A DNA stretch of 63,275 nucleotides, counting the filler, from Chiloscyllium plagiosum (taxonomy: Eukaryota): assembly GCF_004010195.1 (NCBI RefSeq). It is 4 parts of one record of this genome, joined end to end, with 100 filler letters (N's around TTAATTAATTAA, not from the genome) between each part and the next. Parts side by side here need not be neighbours in the genome. Positions count along the whole stretch, not along the records: positions 1 to 31,451 come from NC_057713.1; positions 31,552 to 37,659 come from NC_057713.1; positions 37,760 to 60,430 come from NC_057713.1; 1 more part is not named here. One strand, 5' to 3'. A program made the translations under genes and the position numbers. This document shows positions 27,262 through 39,430 of the stretch, piece after piece. Under the pieces are notes generated by a model. It did no database searches and was not told where the DNA came from. It was given only the letters and a program-made list of their open reading frames with translations. Within the stretch, counting starts at the first letter, position 1, and every line of letters starts with the position of its first letter.

Positions 27262-28481
27262 ATATTTGTTGCCAATCCCAATTCTTGGCTCTTGTGAAGC
27301 ATCCCAATTTTAGGCTCTGATTTCCAGTCCCAGTTCATATCTCTCAGTTAATACCCATATGTGTTTCAGTCCCAACTCAACTATATATCATTAAATCCCA
27401 GACTTAGGATCTATCAGGTACCATGTCCCTTGATTGTTCTTATTCCATGGTTTTTGACTCCAGTCAGAAGCCTCTATTCTCCAACTGACCTTTGTTTCTA
27501 TCTCAGATCACAGTTTCAGATTCCTGCGTTCATGAAACAAAGGCATATATGACCGATCCATAAAACAACTGTGAGTACAAGAGCAGCTGAGAGGTTAGGA
27601 ATCCTGCAGCAAGTAACATTCCTCCTGATTCCCCAAGATCTGTCCACCATCCACAAGGCAAAAACCAGAATGTGATGGCAAATTACCACTTCCCAAGATA
27701 GGTCCAGCTCCAAAGCACTCAAGAAGGTTGACACCATCTAGGAAAAAGCAGTACGCTTCATTGGCACCACATCCACTTACACCATCACTGACACTCAATA
27801 GCAGCACAGTGCACCATCTAGAAGATGCACAGCAGAAATTCACCAAAGTTCCTTAGATAGCACCTTCCAAACACACAACCACTTCTGTCTTGAAGGACAA
27901 GGTCAGCAGGTAATTGGGAATACCACCAGTTGCAAGATCCCCTCCAAGCCACTCACCATCCTGACTTGGAAATGCATTATTGTTTCTTCAGCGTCACTGG
28001 GTCAAATTCCTGGAACTTTCTCCCGAACACCTACACCAAAACGACGGTAACAGTTCAAGGACACAGCTAATTGTCACCTTCCCTGAGGTAGTTAGGAACG
28101 GGTAGTACATGCTGGCCCAGTCAGCATGGTCCACATCTCCTGAGTGAATAAGAAAAAAAGCAACAGACTGTACAGCCAGCATTTCTTTTGTCAGTCAGTG
28201 TTCTCCCTTCCTCTCCTGGAGATGTTGTGATCTATGCTATGTGTTGCACACATATACAACCAAATCTGCTTGGTTCAGTGGATTATTCTGGTGAGGGGCA
28301 AAGCATTGAGTGCCACAGGCCGTTTTATTGATTATGGAGCAGGGGTTGGGGAAAATTGGGGCTGTTGGCAAGGCACGGCAACCAAAACAGTTTTGGTCCT
28401 CACACAACCACCATTTCAGTGCACATTTGATCAACAATCCCTAGTATTGGGTTAGGTTGATCAGGCACCTCCTTCTGACTT

Positions 28482-29100
28482 GAGTCATAGAGAATTACAA
28501 CATGGAAACAGGCCTTTTGGCCCATCGTGTCCTGACTGGTCATCAAGCATCTACCCACTCTCGACCCATTTTCCAACACTTGGCCTAGAGCCTTATTTGC
28601 TATGGTACTTCAAGCATTCAGCTAAGTACTTCTTAAATGTTGTGATGGTGCCTCTGCTGCCCTTTAAGAAGTGAGTTCCAAATACCTCAACCCTCTGAGT
28701 GAAAAGAAATCTTCTTTAAATCCACTCTTAGTCTCCTGTGCTTAACCTTAAACCTTTCCATTTGATTGTTGATCCCTCTACTGTGGGGAAACGTTTCTTT
28801 GGATCTATCGTACTTCTGACTCTTATAATTTTGTACATTTCAATTCAGTCCACTTCAGCCTTTTCTGCTCTAGGGAAAACAATACCATCCTATCTAGTCT
28901 CTCATTATAATTAAATCATTCCAGCTCAGGCAATATTCTGATAATATCCCAGGCAGCTTCTCTCATGCAAACCCATCCTTCCTATAGTGAGACGACCAGA
29001 ACTGTACACAGTACTCCAGCTATGGCCTAATGAATGATATATGCAGCTCCATCATTACCTCTTTGCTGTTGTATTCAATGCCATGATGAATAAGGGCAAA
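28482..29100 (-). mobile_element. Old CR1 3' fragment
   Basis: catagagaattacaacatggaaacaggcc tail and decayed ORF2 end. Confidence 0.75.
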
Positions 29101-29104
29101 TACC

Positions 29105-30436
29105 ATCATTTTCATCATTTATATAAATGATTTGGTTGTGAATATAGGAGGTATGGTGATTTGCAGATGACACCAAAATAGGTGGTGTAGTGGACAGTGA
29201 AGAAAATTATCTCAGAGTCCAACAGGACCTCGATCAGATGGGTCAATGGGTCAAGGAGCAGCAGGTGTAGTTTAATTTAAATAAATGTAAGGTGTTGCAT
29301 TTTGGTCAGGCAAACAAGGGCTGGACTTATATGCATAATGGTAAGGCCCTAGGGAGTGTATGTGTACAAGGGACCTAGAGGGGCACATGCATTGTTCCTT
29401 GAAAGTGGAATTGCAGATAGATTTAGATTTAGACTTTTTTGTCACTAGCTGCCAGAGAAGGTGGTGGAGGCGGGCACAATTAAAACATTTAAAAGGCATC
29501 TGGATTGGTATATGAACAGGTAGGCAGGGTGATGAAGAAGGTATTTTGCATACTTGCCTTCATTGGTCAGTGCATTACGTATAGGAGTCGGGATGTCATG
29601 TTACGACTGTACAGGACATTGGTGAGGCCACTTTTAGAATATTGCAAATATTTCTGGTTACCCTTCTAGAGGAAGGACATTATTAAATGAGGGAGGGTGC
29701 AGTGGATTTGAGTTAGAGGCAGAGGGAAAATAGGCTGGGGCTTTTTTTTCTGGAGTGTCAGAAGCTGAGGGGGATCTCATGGAGGCTTATAACATCATGG
29801 ACGGCACGGTGGCACAGTGGTTAGCACTGCTGCCTCACAGCGCCAGAGACCTGGGTTCAATTCCTGCCTCAGGCGACTGTCTGTGTGGAGTTTGCACGTT
29901 CTCCCTGTGTCTGCATGGGTTTCCTCCCACAGTCCAAAAACGTGCAGGTCAGGTGAATTGGCTATGCTAAATTGCACGTAGCGTTAGGTGCAGGGGTAAA
30001 TGTAGGGGCATGGGTCTGGGTGGGTGTGCTTCGGCGGGTCGGTGTGGACTTGTTGGGCCGAAGGGCCTGTTTCCACACTGTAAGTAATCTAATCTAATCA
30101 TGAGGGGCATGGATAGATTGAATAGCCAAGGTCTTTTTCCTAGTGTGGGAGTAATCCAAACCAAAAGGGCATAGACTTAAGTTGAGAGGGAAAACTTTAA
30201 AAAGGTCCTGAGGGTAACTTTTAAATGCAGAGGATGGTGCATGTAAGGAATGAGTTGCCAGAAGAGGTTATTGAGGTATATACAATGACAATATTTAAAA
30301 GGCACCTGAATGGGTGTATGAATAGGAAGGGTTTAGAAGGATATGGGCCAAATCTTGGCAAATGGGACCAAGTCAGATTGGGATGTCTGGTCAAGTTGGA
30401 CTGAAGGGTCTGTTTCCATGCTGTATGACTGTATGA
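29105..30436 (+). mobile_element. CR1 RT-to-3'-end remnant interrupted by an HE1 SINE
   Basis: FADDTKIGG motif at ~29160; tail ctgtatgactgtatga. Confidence 0.85.
29800..30097 (+). mobile_element. HE1-type SINE inserted in CR1
   Basis: Head ggcacggtggcacagtgg, (aatct)n tail, flanking atcatg duplication. Confidence 0.9.
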
Positions 30437-31062
30437 TGCAAAGTTTCCTAAATGCCTTCTTAATCTGTTTATCCACCTGTCCAGTTGCCTTCAACAATCA
30501 GGTCCCTCTGCTTGTCTCTAATTCCTAGCATGCCTGCATTCTTCCTGCTATTCCCACTGTTAACTCAGCGTTAGCCAGGTATCAAACCTAAAACCTTCCT
30601 AGTCTGTGTGGTTTACTACCACATCAGGTATATTTAATCATTCAGCTTTCAAGGAATGTTTTCCTATTTGCCCTCCGAATTGACATTTACATGTACTGTA
30701 TCGTACTCTGTTCTGCTACTTCAGCCTTTCTTCAGTAAGGTTTAACAGTCCAATCTTGATCTTTTTTTTGGAATCCTTGAACAATGTTAAGAGTTTTACT
30801 GTTATTGATATATTTGGTTGAACATTTAGTTCATGATGCTACTTGTATAACTGTCACTGGCACATTCAGTACACTGCAGTGATTGCATATGAAATAAAGA
30901 TCAAAGCTGAATTCAGGGTCAAGACTTTTTAAAATGATCATTGGCACCAGAAGGTAAGATCTGAAATAAATCATTAAGTTCTATAGTTTACAGATTACAA
31001 ACTTTTTACAGCTTAGTACAGGGAATTTGGTAAAACTAGTCTATGCTGACATTCTACTTGAT

Positions 31063-31451
31063 AGGAGAAAGTGAGGTCTGCAGATGCTGGAGATCAGAGC
31101 TGAAAATGTGTTGCTGGAAAAGCGCAGCAGGTCAGGCAGCATCAAAGGAGCAGGAGAATCGACGTTTTGGGCATAAGCCCTTCTTCAGGAATGAGGAAAG
31201 TGTGTCCAGCAGGCTAAGATAAAAGGTAGGGAGGAGGGACTTGGGGGAGGGGCTTCGGAAATGCGATAGGTGGAGGGAGGTCAAGGTGAGGGTGATAGGC
31301 CGGTGTGGGATGGGGGCGGAGAGGTCAGGAAGATGATTGCAGGTTAGGAAGGCGTTGCTGAGTTCGAGGGATTTGACTGAGACAAGGTGGGGGGAGGGGA
31401 AAATAGGAAACTGGAGAAACCTGAGTTCATCCCTTGTGGTTGGAGGGTTCC
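31063..31451 (-). mobile_element. Penelope family A 3' terminus, truncated by contig end
   Basis: Near-identical to 37497-37659. Hammerhead motif ~31158-31195 with core G12 mutated. Confidence 0.8.
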
Positions 31452-31551
31452 NNNNNNNNNNNNNNNNNNNNNNNNNNNNNNNNNNNNNNNNNNNNTTAAT
31501 TAATTAANNNNNNNNNNNNNNNNNNNNNNNNNNNNNNNNNNNNNNNNNNNN
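31452..31551. other. Artificial contig linker (44N-TTAATTAATTAA-44N)
   Basis: Same 100-bp structure recurs at 37660 and 60431. Confidence 0.95.
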
Positions 31552-33149
31552 GTACAATTGCAACATTTATGAGGCATTTGGATGGGTATATGAATAGGAA
31601 GGGTTTGGAGGGATACGAGCCGGGTGCTGGCAGGTGGGACTAGATTGGGTTGGGATATCTGGTCGGCATGGGCGGGTTGGACCGAAGGGTCTGTTTCCAT
31701 GCTGTACATCTCTATGACTCTATGTCTAGAGGCTGCTTGTTGAAGGTGGTCAGAGATCTGGGGTGAATGCAGTCCTGCTGGGCAGTCTGACAGTCATTAA
31801 ATGGAGTCCCAGTGAGTCCTGACAGTGTTAGAGGGAAACTCAATACTGAGGGATGGATGGAGCAGCATCAAAGGACATGGTAAGCTATAGGTGCAGGGGT
31901 GGGGGAAGGAGTGTGCGTGCGTGTTATTGGCAATGACCAATGTTGTAGCTTCTGAAGGAGCCAACGTGAGGCAGGGTGGGCATAATTTCAGGTATAATGC
32001 TGATGCTCGGAGCAGGGAGATGAATATCAATGTGGTGTGTTCCCACGTGTGGGTGAACGGATGGAAATAGGCTGTCTGGCTGGTGTGAGATAAAAAGTGA
32101 CATGAAAGCTTTGCACGATACAACTAGAAAATGGCTGGAACAATGTGCAGGGTGGGCAGACTCAGTGTCACAATGATTTGAGAAAACATGGGATCTATGT
32201 CTGTTGAACACTAGGAGTTTGAAAGACAAATACATGAAGCACAGGCTGGAAATAACAGAAATAACAGCAATCGATCACCTGCAATTATTTTATCATGTAT
32301 TCGTAATACATGTAGATGCTTAAAGCTCATACATTAGTCAAAGATAATTTGCACCATGCCATTGGCCTTTGCAAAATGAATAATGACATCTCAATGATGC
32401 TGAGGTTAGCAGCAATAACTTATAAAGTGGCAAATACTGGCCAAAGGTGACCCATAATGTTTGGAACTTCCAATGATGCTGGAGGTGGAGGAGACTATCA
32501 CTTCAACATCAGTTTAACGATGGTCTGTACTGAATGCAATGAAAGGTTCAATGATTAATGGGGTTTGGGATGGGAAGATGTTCAGACCACAGATGTTCCT
32601 CCTTTTTTGATGTAATATTTTGGACACTCAGCTGATATTGCACCGGTACCAAGTTGGTGCATGTGGTGAATGCCTGATGGAGCCATGACCCTTGTTATGA
32701 GGGTGCAGCATGTATCCATTATATGGTAAATTGTGCTCCGACTTCACCTGCAGGGTATGCCACCAAAGACTCTTCTGAGATCTAAGAACTTCTTCCACTC
32801 TCTACGTTTTGAATGTAGGTCATTTCCAGCAGGGACCTTGCCCTGGTGGGATATTGCCGATCTAAGAATGTGAAGATGGATGCAGGAAGACCAAACAAGA
32901 TGGCAAGCTCGTGTCTCCATTGTGCACAAAGTTCAGGGAAATAATACAATTGCAGGGCTCCTCAGGATGCAGGAGGACTGCAGGCAACTCAGAGATTTTC
33001 AGCCTTGACTCCATTTCCTGGAGTTGAGTAAGGCACATTGCTGATGCAGGCTATGTATAGCCTGGGCCACTGTGTTGTAACTATGCCTGATGCTGGCGCA
33101 GGGAGCTGAGAGCTGCAGGAATAGGATGACATCCTCTCCTAGTGGTTCC

Positions 33150-33620
33150 TAATGGCTCAGAGCTTCTATGTGACTGGCTCTATTCACAGACTGGTGAGTG
33201 ACCTGTATGGGATTTCTCAGTTGTGCTCCCACAAATACATCAAGACAGTGACCGATGCCATCTATGCAAGGTCACACCAGTTTGTTTCATTCCCCATGGC
33301 GAGGTCAGTGCTGTGCCCCGGCAGGAACAAAGCTGGCTTCCTCCAGGTGCCATTGTCTCTACACACACACACATGGCACTGAGAGGGCCGTGACTCAATG
33401 CTGTGGAATTCATCAACAGGAAGGTGTTTGATTCCATTAATGTTCAGGTGATCTGTAATCCCTGTTACCACTTCCTGGATATGTATCCTGGAAGCTGCTA
33501 TAGTTTCTACAGCCAGGAGCAGTCTCAGTGCCTGGTGTGTTTGAAGGTCCAGGTGTCTTAAAAGGCTGGTTACCAGGGGACAAGTTATACCTTGTCAGTG
33601 ACCATCATGAAGGATTTTCA
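33150..33620 (+). mobile_element. PIF/Harbinger transposase remnant
   Basis: SFYVTGS...DLYGISQ...VTDAIYAR...FP, then FINRKVFDSINVQVICN, YPGSC, GWLPGDKLY (Harbinger NRKG.HSINVQ and W.LGD.GY motifs). Frameshifted. Confidence 0.8.
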
Positions 33621-34024
33621 CTGAGTGACAAGTTGTTTGCGGTGCAGCACCTGGTAAGATGGGGATGGAATCATGGGGATGTGAGGGATGCCATAGGAGG
33701 AGGACATGTAGGTTATGAGGTGAGTTTGTTGTGATGCATCAATAAATATTTGGTAGAATTTTCCTATACACTGAACAACTTGGGCATTGACAAGAAGGGT
33801 GGAGATTTGTGGGAGATTGTCAGTGAGGAAATTCTTGATGTCAAGAGCAAAATGCTCCATTTTCAAACCAAGTATCGAACAGTAAGACATAATTCTCGCT
33901 AGTGAGAAAAAGGTCTATTGCGTTAACATCTGAATTATGATGTCATTTCACCTTTGCAGTTTCCCATTCTCTCACCACCATCCGTGACAACTCTCGACAT
34001 GACAATCGGAATGGTGACTTGATG

Positions 34025-34425
34025 GTTTTCCCTAGAACGTCAAAGGCTGAGGGGTGACCTCATAGAGGTTTATAAAATCTTAAGGGGCATGGATAGGATA
34101 AATAGACAAAGCCTTTTCCCTGGGGTGAGGGAGACCAGAATTAGAGGGCATAGGTTTAGGGTGAGAGGGGAAAGATATAAAAGGGACCTAAGGGGCAACT
34201 TTTTCACGCAGAGGGTGGTACGTGTATGGAATGAGCTGCCAGAGGAAGTGGTGGAGGCTGGTGCAATTGCATTATTTAAAAGGCATCTAGATGGATATAT
34301 GAATTGGAAGGGTTTAAGGGATATGGACCAAGTGCTGGCAAATGGAACTAGACTATGTTGGGATATCTGGATGGCATGGATGAGTTGGACCGAAAGGTCT
34401 GTTTCCGTGCTATACATCTCTATGA
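34025..34425 (+). mobile_element. CR1 LINE 3' fragment
   Basis: RGHRFRVRGERYKRDLRGNFFTQRVVRVWNELPEEVV. Confidence 0.92.
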
Positions 34426-36659
34426 TTCCAGCTCACCACTTGTTCCTCTAGTCCTTCATCAGTCACCAACATCTTCAGGCATCCTCTAAGGGCTGCAACC
34501 ACATGCATCCACCCCACTGTCCACGAGGACCTCCAGATTCTTGTTGGCAAAGCATGATGCCATATTCCATTTGTCCGATATATCTGGGGTAGTTGACTAA
34601 ACCTGCACAGAGCAGCTATGGACTGCCCATATTTGACCAACTGCAAAACTGAATTTTAAAGACGGCACTGGCAACAGAAATCCCAATAGCCTAGTAACTC
34701 CAATGGAAAATGGCAAAATACAATTGGTGAGGTGCCATAGGACATGGGAATGATGCAAATTTGGGAAGATACTCTTTAGAGCTCATTGGGAGAACCTCAG
34801 CAAAAATAACATCGCTGATTTCTGGTGAGGTTCAGCTATTTGAGTTTTGCTTCTCTGTTCTCTCCTCACCAGTGACTCTCATTAAAATCTTCAAAATGAC
34901 TTTTGGAGCTAAGTTAAAACAATTTCTTAGAATCCATTTAATCTGAGTATTGGACTATTACTCTTTGACCTTTAAACTTCCCATTTGATTCTTAGCCAGA
35001 ACATGACTCTTCTCTTCATGACTTCCATTAAAAGTTTGTGAACCAAAATAAAGCTGAAGAACGTTCTTTTGGGAATCATATAAAAATCCATTTGCTGCTT
35101 GCATGATTATCACCATCGACCTTTGTACTTTGACCTTTTGTATCACCATATTGGGTATTCCTTCTTTTTACTCAAGGTTCCCCATTCAGCTCTCTGAACT
35201 ACCTCAAATGAAAGACAACATTTGACAATAGGTATTGATAGATTCACTCTTCGTTGCTCTGAAGTTAGATTGCAATCAGATGATTTGCCTCTATTGTTGC
35301 TGGCTCCTCTTGACTTTACTTCACAGAAAATTCATGCCCACTTTGACTTTTGTGACAATTCAATAGCTCCATGGTCATGTCAGATTGACACCTGGTTTTT
35401 ATTTCATAATTTTGATAAAAGTGATCTGAAGTTTTCAGATTGCTAATAATGACATTTGAACCATTATTTGTCAAGGCCTGTAGCTAGTTAATCCGCTAAA
35501 TCGGCAATGCTATTTAGGTTAAAAAGTCTTTGAATCCTCATTTCCTTCATTTTTTTTCTTTAAGATCCAGAATGCAATTTTAGCTTGAAGATACTCACAA
35601 ACTGTAAATGGTGACTCATAATCCAAAAATTAATGTTTTGTCTGGTTGAATATAGTATTGCACAATATATCTTCAACACATTCCAGTGCCTACAAGTTAT
35701 GCAAAGATTCCTTCTCAACTTTATAAATCACCAACAGTCATAATAAACTCAGGGCTGGAGTTTCCTCTAGCAAACTATACTTTACAAAATGTTTCTCAGA
35801 TTTTTGGCCGTGAAAACTCAAAAGTAAAATGCAGCTGAGTGCTTAGAACATTTCCCAGTGATTTTTGGATTAATGACAAACTTCTATGCTGTGGTCAATG
35901 GTTATTCATTGGGAGAGTGGGTCCAAACAGTACAAATTTGATAATGGGCCTATTCACAAAGATGTGCGATGAGTAGGCCCTATTAAAGATGGAAATCCTG
36001 AGTCGACTCTATTAAATCTGAAGATCGTGACCAAAACGTTATCACCTAGCAGAGGCCCCAATGATGGGTCTGATAGCTGGAGGCAGCCCATTACCTAGCC
36101 ACATTTTTCAGACCTCCAATAACCAATTTGCTGCTATTAGGCTCCTGATCCTGTAAATAACATCTACCGACCTTCCTCCTAGTCCCCCCAATCCACCCAA
36201 AAAGGTGTTGACTGATCAGTGATCAGGCAGCTCAGCACTGCCACCGGGTATGGTGGCCAGTGCTGGAACTGCACCTGGAATTTGAGGATGGCATAGGAGG
36301 ACATCTTCCTCAACAGTAAATTGTGCCTGGGGGTGCTGGGGCCTCTGTGATAGGGATAAGCATGAGTTGGTAAGCATATTGGGTAAACTTGCTATGGTGA
36401 GGGTCATCGCTGCTGAAGACAACCTCCCCATGTAGACCACAACCTAAGTTATTACAATAACCCATGAGAGAGGCCACCATTGTTTACCAAAAGCTTCCCC
36501 TATGCAGTGTAGTCTCCAAAACTGTTAATACATCAGTAATGGTTAAAATGGCCCTTAATACCAACATGCAAGCAAATGAATTAGAAGCAGAATTAGGCCA
36601 TTCAGCCCTCTAGCCTGCTACACCATTCTACCAGATCATTGCTGATCTGATTATGAGTT

Positions 36660-37010
36660 CTAGTTTCCAAATCTCCCCTCCCCCCACCTCATCCCAGATC
36701 CAGCCCTCCATCTCAACACTGCCCTTTTGATCTGTCCATCTTCCTTCCCACCCATCCGCTCCACAATGCCCACTGACTTAGCACAATTACTCCCCACCTA
36801 CATCCACCTAACACCTTCCCAGTTACCTTCCCCCCAGTCTCACTCCCCTATTTATCTCTCATCCCCCTTCCACCTCCACATTATTGAAGAAGGGCTTATT
36901 CCCGAAATGTCGACTCTCCTGCTCCTTGGATGCTGCCTGACCTGCTGTGTTTTTCCAGCATCACCTTTTTCAACTCTGATTCTCCAGCATTTGTAGTCTT
37001 CACTTTCTCC
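36660..37010 (+). mobile_element. Penelope family A terminus with decayed hammerhead (~36881-36915)
   Basis: ttgaagaagggcttattcccgaaatgtcgac...ctttctcc. Confidence 0.75.
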
Positions 37011-37144
37011 TGATCTGATTGTGCCTTAGCTCCACATTATTGTCTACCTTCGACTCTGCCTCAAGAGGTTCAACACCCCCACCTCCACTGTACTTTGGAG
37101 AAGGGAGCTCCAAAGATTCATGATTATCTGAGAGACATACATTC

Positions 37145-37490
37145 CTCTTAATCTCCACCTTACAGAGAGTCAGAGAGATGTACAGCACAGAAACAGACTC
37201 TTCGGTCCAACCTGTCCATGCCGACGAGACTTCCCAACCCAATCTCGTCCCACCTGCCAGCACCCGGCCCATATCCCTCCGAGTCATTCCTATTCATATA
37301 CCCATCCAGATGGGTATTTAAGTATTGCAATTGCACTAGCCTCCAACACTTCCTCTGGCAGCTCATTCCATGTATGTACCACCCTCTGTGTGAAAAAGTT
37401 GCCCCTAAGGTCTCTTTTATATCTTTCCCCTCTCACCCTAAACCTTTGCCCTCTAGTTGTGGACTCTGAACGTCCCAAGGAAAAAAAAAC
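37145..37490 (-). mobile_element. CR1 3' fragment
   Basis: RGNFFTQRVVHTWNELPEEV. Confidence 0.88.
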
Positions 37491-37496
37491 CTTCGA

Positions 37497-37659
37497 GGAG
37501 AAAGTGAGGACTGCAGATGCTGGAGATCAGAGCTGAAAATGTGTTGCTGGAAAAGCGCAGCAGGTCAGGCAGCATCCAAGGAACAGGAGAATCGATGTTT
37601 CAGGCATAAGCCCTTCTTCAGGAATGAGGAAAGTGTATCCAGCAGGCTAAGATAAAAGG
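37497..37659 (-). mobile_element. Penelope family A terminus, truncated by contig end
   Basis: Hammerhead motif ~37589-37628 (-): CTGAAGA-AGGGCTTATGCCT-GAAACATC. Confidence 0.8.
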
Positions 37660-37759
37660 NNNNNNNNNNNNNNNNNNNNNNNNNNNNNNNNNNNNNNNNN
37701 NNNTTAATTAATTAANNNNNNNNNNNNNNNNNNNNNNNNNNNNNNNNNNNNNNNNNNNN
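37660..37759. other. Artificial contig linker
   Basis: 44N-TTAATTAATTAA-44N. Confidence 0.95.
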
Positions 37760-38080
37760 GGGGAGGGGCGTGGTCTGTGGTGTTGCCCGCGGTGGGAAGG
37801 GGCGGGGGTCGGCACGTGATTGACAGGGTGTGGGAAGGGGCGTGGTTTGAGGTGTTGTCCGCGATGGGAAGGGCTGGGTCAGTGAATGATTGACAGGAGA
37901 CTGGAAGGGGCGGGGTCAATGAATGATTGACAGGATACGGGACAGGGCGGGGTCAATGAATGATTGACAGGAGACTGGAAGGGGCGGGGTCAATGAATGA
38001 TTGACGGGATACGGGACAGGGCGGGGTCAATGAATGATTGACAGGAGACGGGAAGGGGCGGGGTCAGTGAGTGACAGTGT
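37760..38080 (+). promoter_or_regulatory. GC/CpG-rich putative SNAP47 promoter made of a 37-bp tandem array (GC-box + TGATTGACAG)
   Basis: TGATTGAC(A/G)G at 37817, 37887, 37924, 37961, 37998, 38035 and TGAGTGACAG at 38068, each preceded by a GGGCGGGG-type box. CACGTG at 37813. Most conspicuous CpG-rich non-TE stretch upstream of the SNAP47 exon. Confidence 0.65.
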
Positions 38081-38219
38081 CGTTCAGGAGGCAGCTTGAG
38101 AAAGGTCGGCGGGAGGTGGAGCTTTGCTGAGAGACAGATCTTGAGTGGAGTTAGCGAGCTCTTGGTTAGCTGCCCGGAGAGATGGAAAGGGCCTGAGACT
38201 GGGGAACAGAAGCAACGGC
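38080..38219 (+). other. Candidate non-coding exon 1 of SNAP47
   Basis: Follows the promoter array and ends at the consensus donor ggc|GTGAGT (38220). The coding exon has an acceptor 61 nt before its ATG, so an upstream UTR exon is expected. Start position approximate. Confidence 0.5.
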
Positions 38220-39337
38220 GTGAGTATTTGCAGACAGCGAGGGCCTGGCCTCCGGGCCACAGTCCTGTGAGGGAGCAAGAGTGTTTGGGGCACAGAGAGA
38301 AGGGACCCCAGGCTGCCAGGTTCTGCAGAGTGAGAGGGAATCTCCCGGGAGAAATCTTGCAGGAGAAAGCAGGTTATTTGAGGGAGATATTGCAGGAGGT
38401 AAATCCCCCAGGAGAGAAATATCTTGAGTTAAGTCTTTACAGGTTAATACCATTTCATGAGAGAAATCCTGCAGGAGAGACCAGATCCAGGGCCAAGTAC
38501 ATATTGCCCGAAAGAATGTCCAGACATTAATCCTGCGGCAGTGCGAGACGTTAGCAGCTTGGAGTGGAGAAGGTTGCTGGCTGATAGAGTAAAATAGAAT
38601 AGCTCTTGATATGGGGAACAGAGAAAAAAATAAGCAGGAAATATGGTGATAGAAGTACGCTGGATATAGAGCAAATTAAAAGAGCGACATAGATGAGTCA
38701 CCCGAAAGTAGAGGGAAAATAAAAAAAAACTAGCGCCACAGTAAAACCGCTGGGAATATGCAGAAGAAAACAAGCAATGTAATGCACAATGTGCAAAGAA
38801 TTATAGAAAGGGAAAATTAGTTGGAAATAAAACACAAGTTAGTCGAACAGAGATGCTCATAGGGTAGCAGACTGAAAAATGTAAGGAGTTTTACTTGCAA
38901 AGAGGTGTTCTCTTACAGACTATGAAGTTCCAAACAAATTGCAGTAAACTTGCAGGTGGTGAAGCAGCCAAATGGTCTGTTAGTCTTCATAGCAAAAGGG
39001 TTTTAGTCCAGGAGCAGGGATATCTTGCTACTGTTGTACCGAATCTTGGTGAGTCCTGGAGTATTGTGTGCAGTTCTAGTCTCCTTGCCTGAAGAAGGAT
39101 GCTTTGGCTGTGGAGGGAGTGCAATGAAGGTTTACCAGATTGATTCCTGGGATGAAAAGACTGATGTATGAAGAGACACAGAATTCAATTATCGAGTCAT
39201 ATAGCATGGAAACAGAGCCTTAAGCCCAACGTTCATGCTGACCAGGTTTCTGAAACTGAACTAGTTCCATTTGCCTGCATTTGACCCATATCCCTCTAAC
39301 CCTTTTTTATCCATGTACCTGGCCAAATAACTTTTAA

Positions 39338-39430
39338 CTCATTCCTGAAGAAGGGCTTATGCCCGAAACGTCGATTCTCCTGTTTCGTGGATGCTGCCTG
39401 ACCTGCGCTTTTCCAGCAACACATTTTCAG
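39338..39430 (+). mobile_element. 93-bp hammerhead-bearing Penelope-derived insertion with 14-bp TSD
   Basis: caaataacttttaa at 39324-39337 and 39431-39444. Confidence 0.85.
39341..39377 (+). ncRNA. Minimal type I hammerhead ribozyme motif (family A), intact core
   Basis: attc-CTGAAGA-A-GGGC ttat GCCC-GAAA-C-GTC-gattc; palindromic ACGT replaces stem III; stem I is weak. Confidence 0.72.

Noticed and set aside
31496..31507. TTAATTAATTAA as a biological palindrome or piggyBac site
   Set aside because: Centred in identical N-padded 100-bp linkers three times, so it is synthetic.
33150..33620. Domesticated HARBI1 gene
   Set aside because: Frameshifts and degraded catalytic-region motifs indicate a dead transposon copy.
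37866..38077. 37-bp repeats as a CRISPR array
   Set aside because: Units are contiguous with no unique spacers, there are no cas genes, and the context is vertebrate.
38096..38530. 144-aa ORF after the promoter
   Set aside because: Non-ATG start, crosses the GTGAGT donor, includes low-complexity degenerate repeats and has no recognisable domain.
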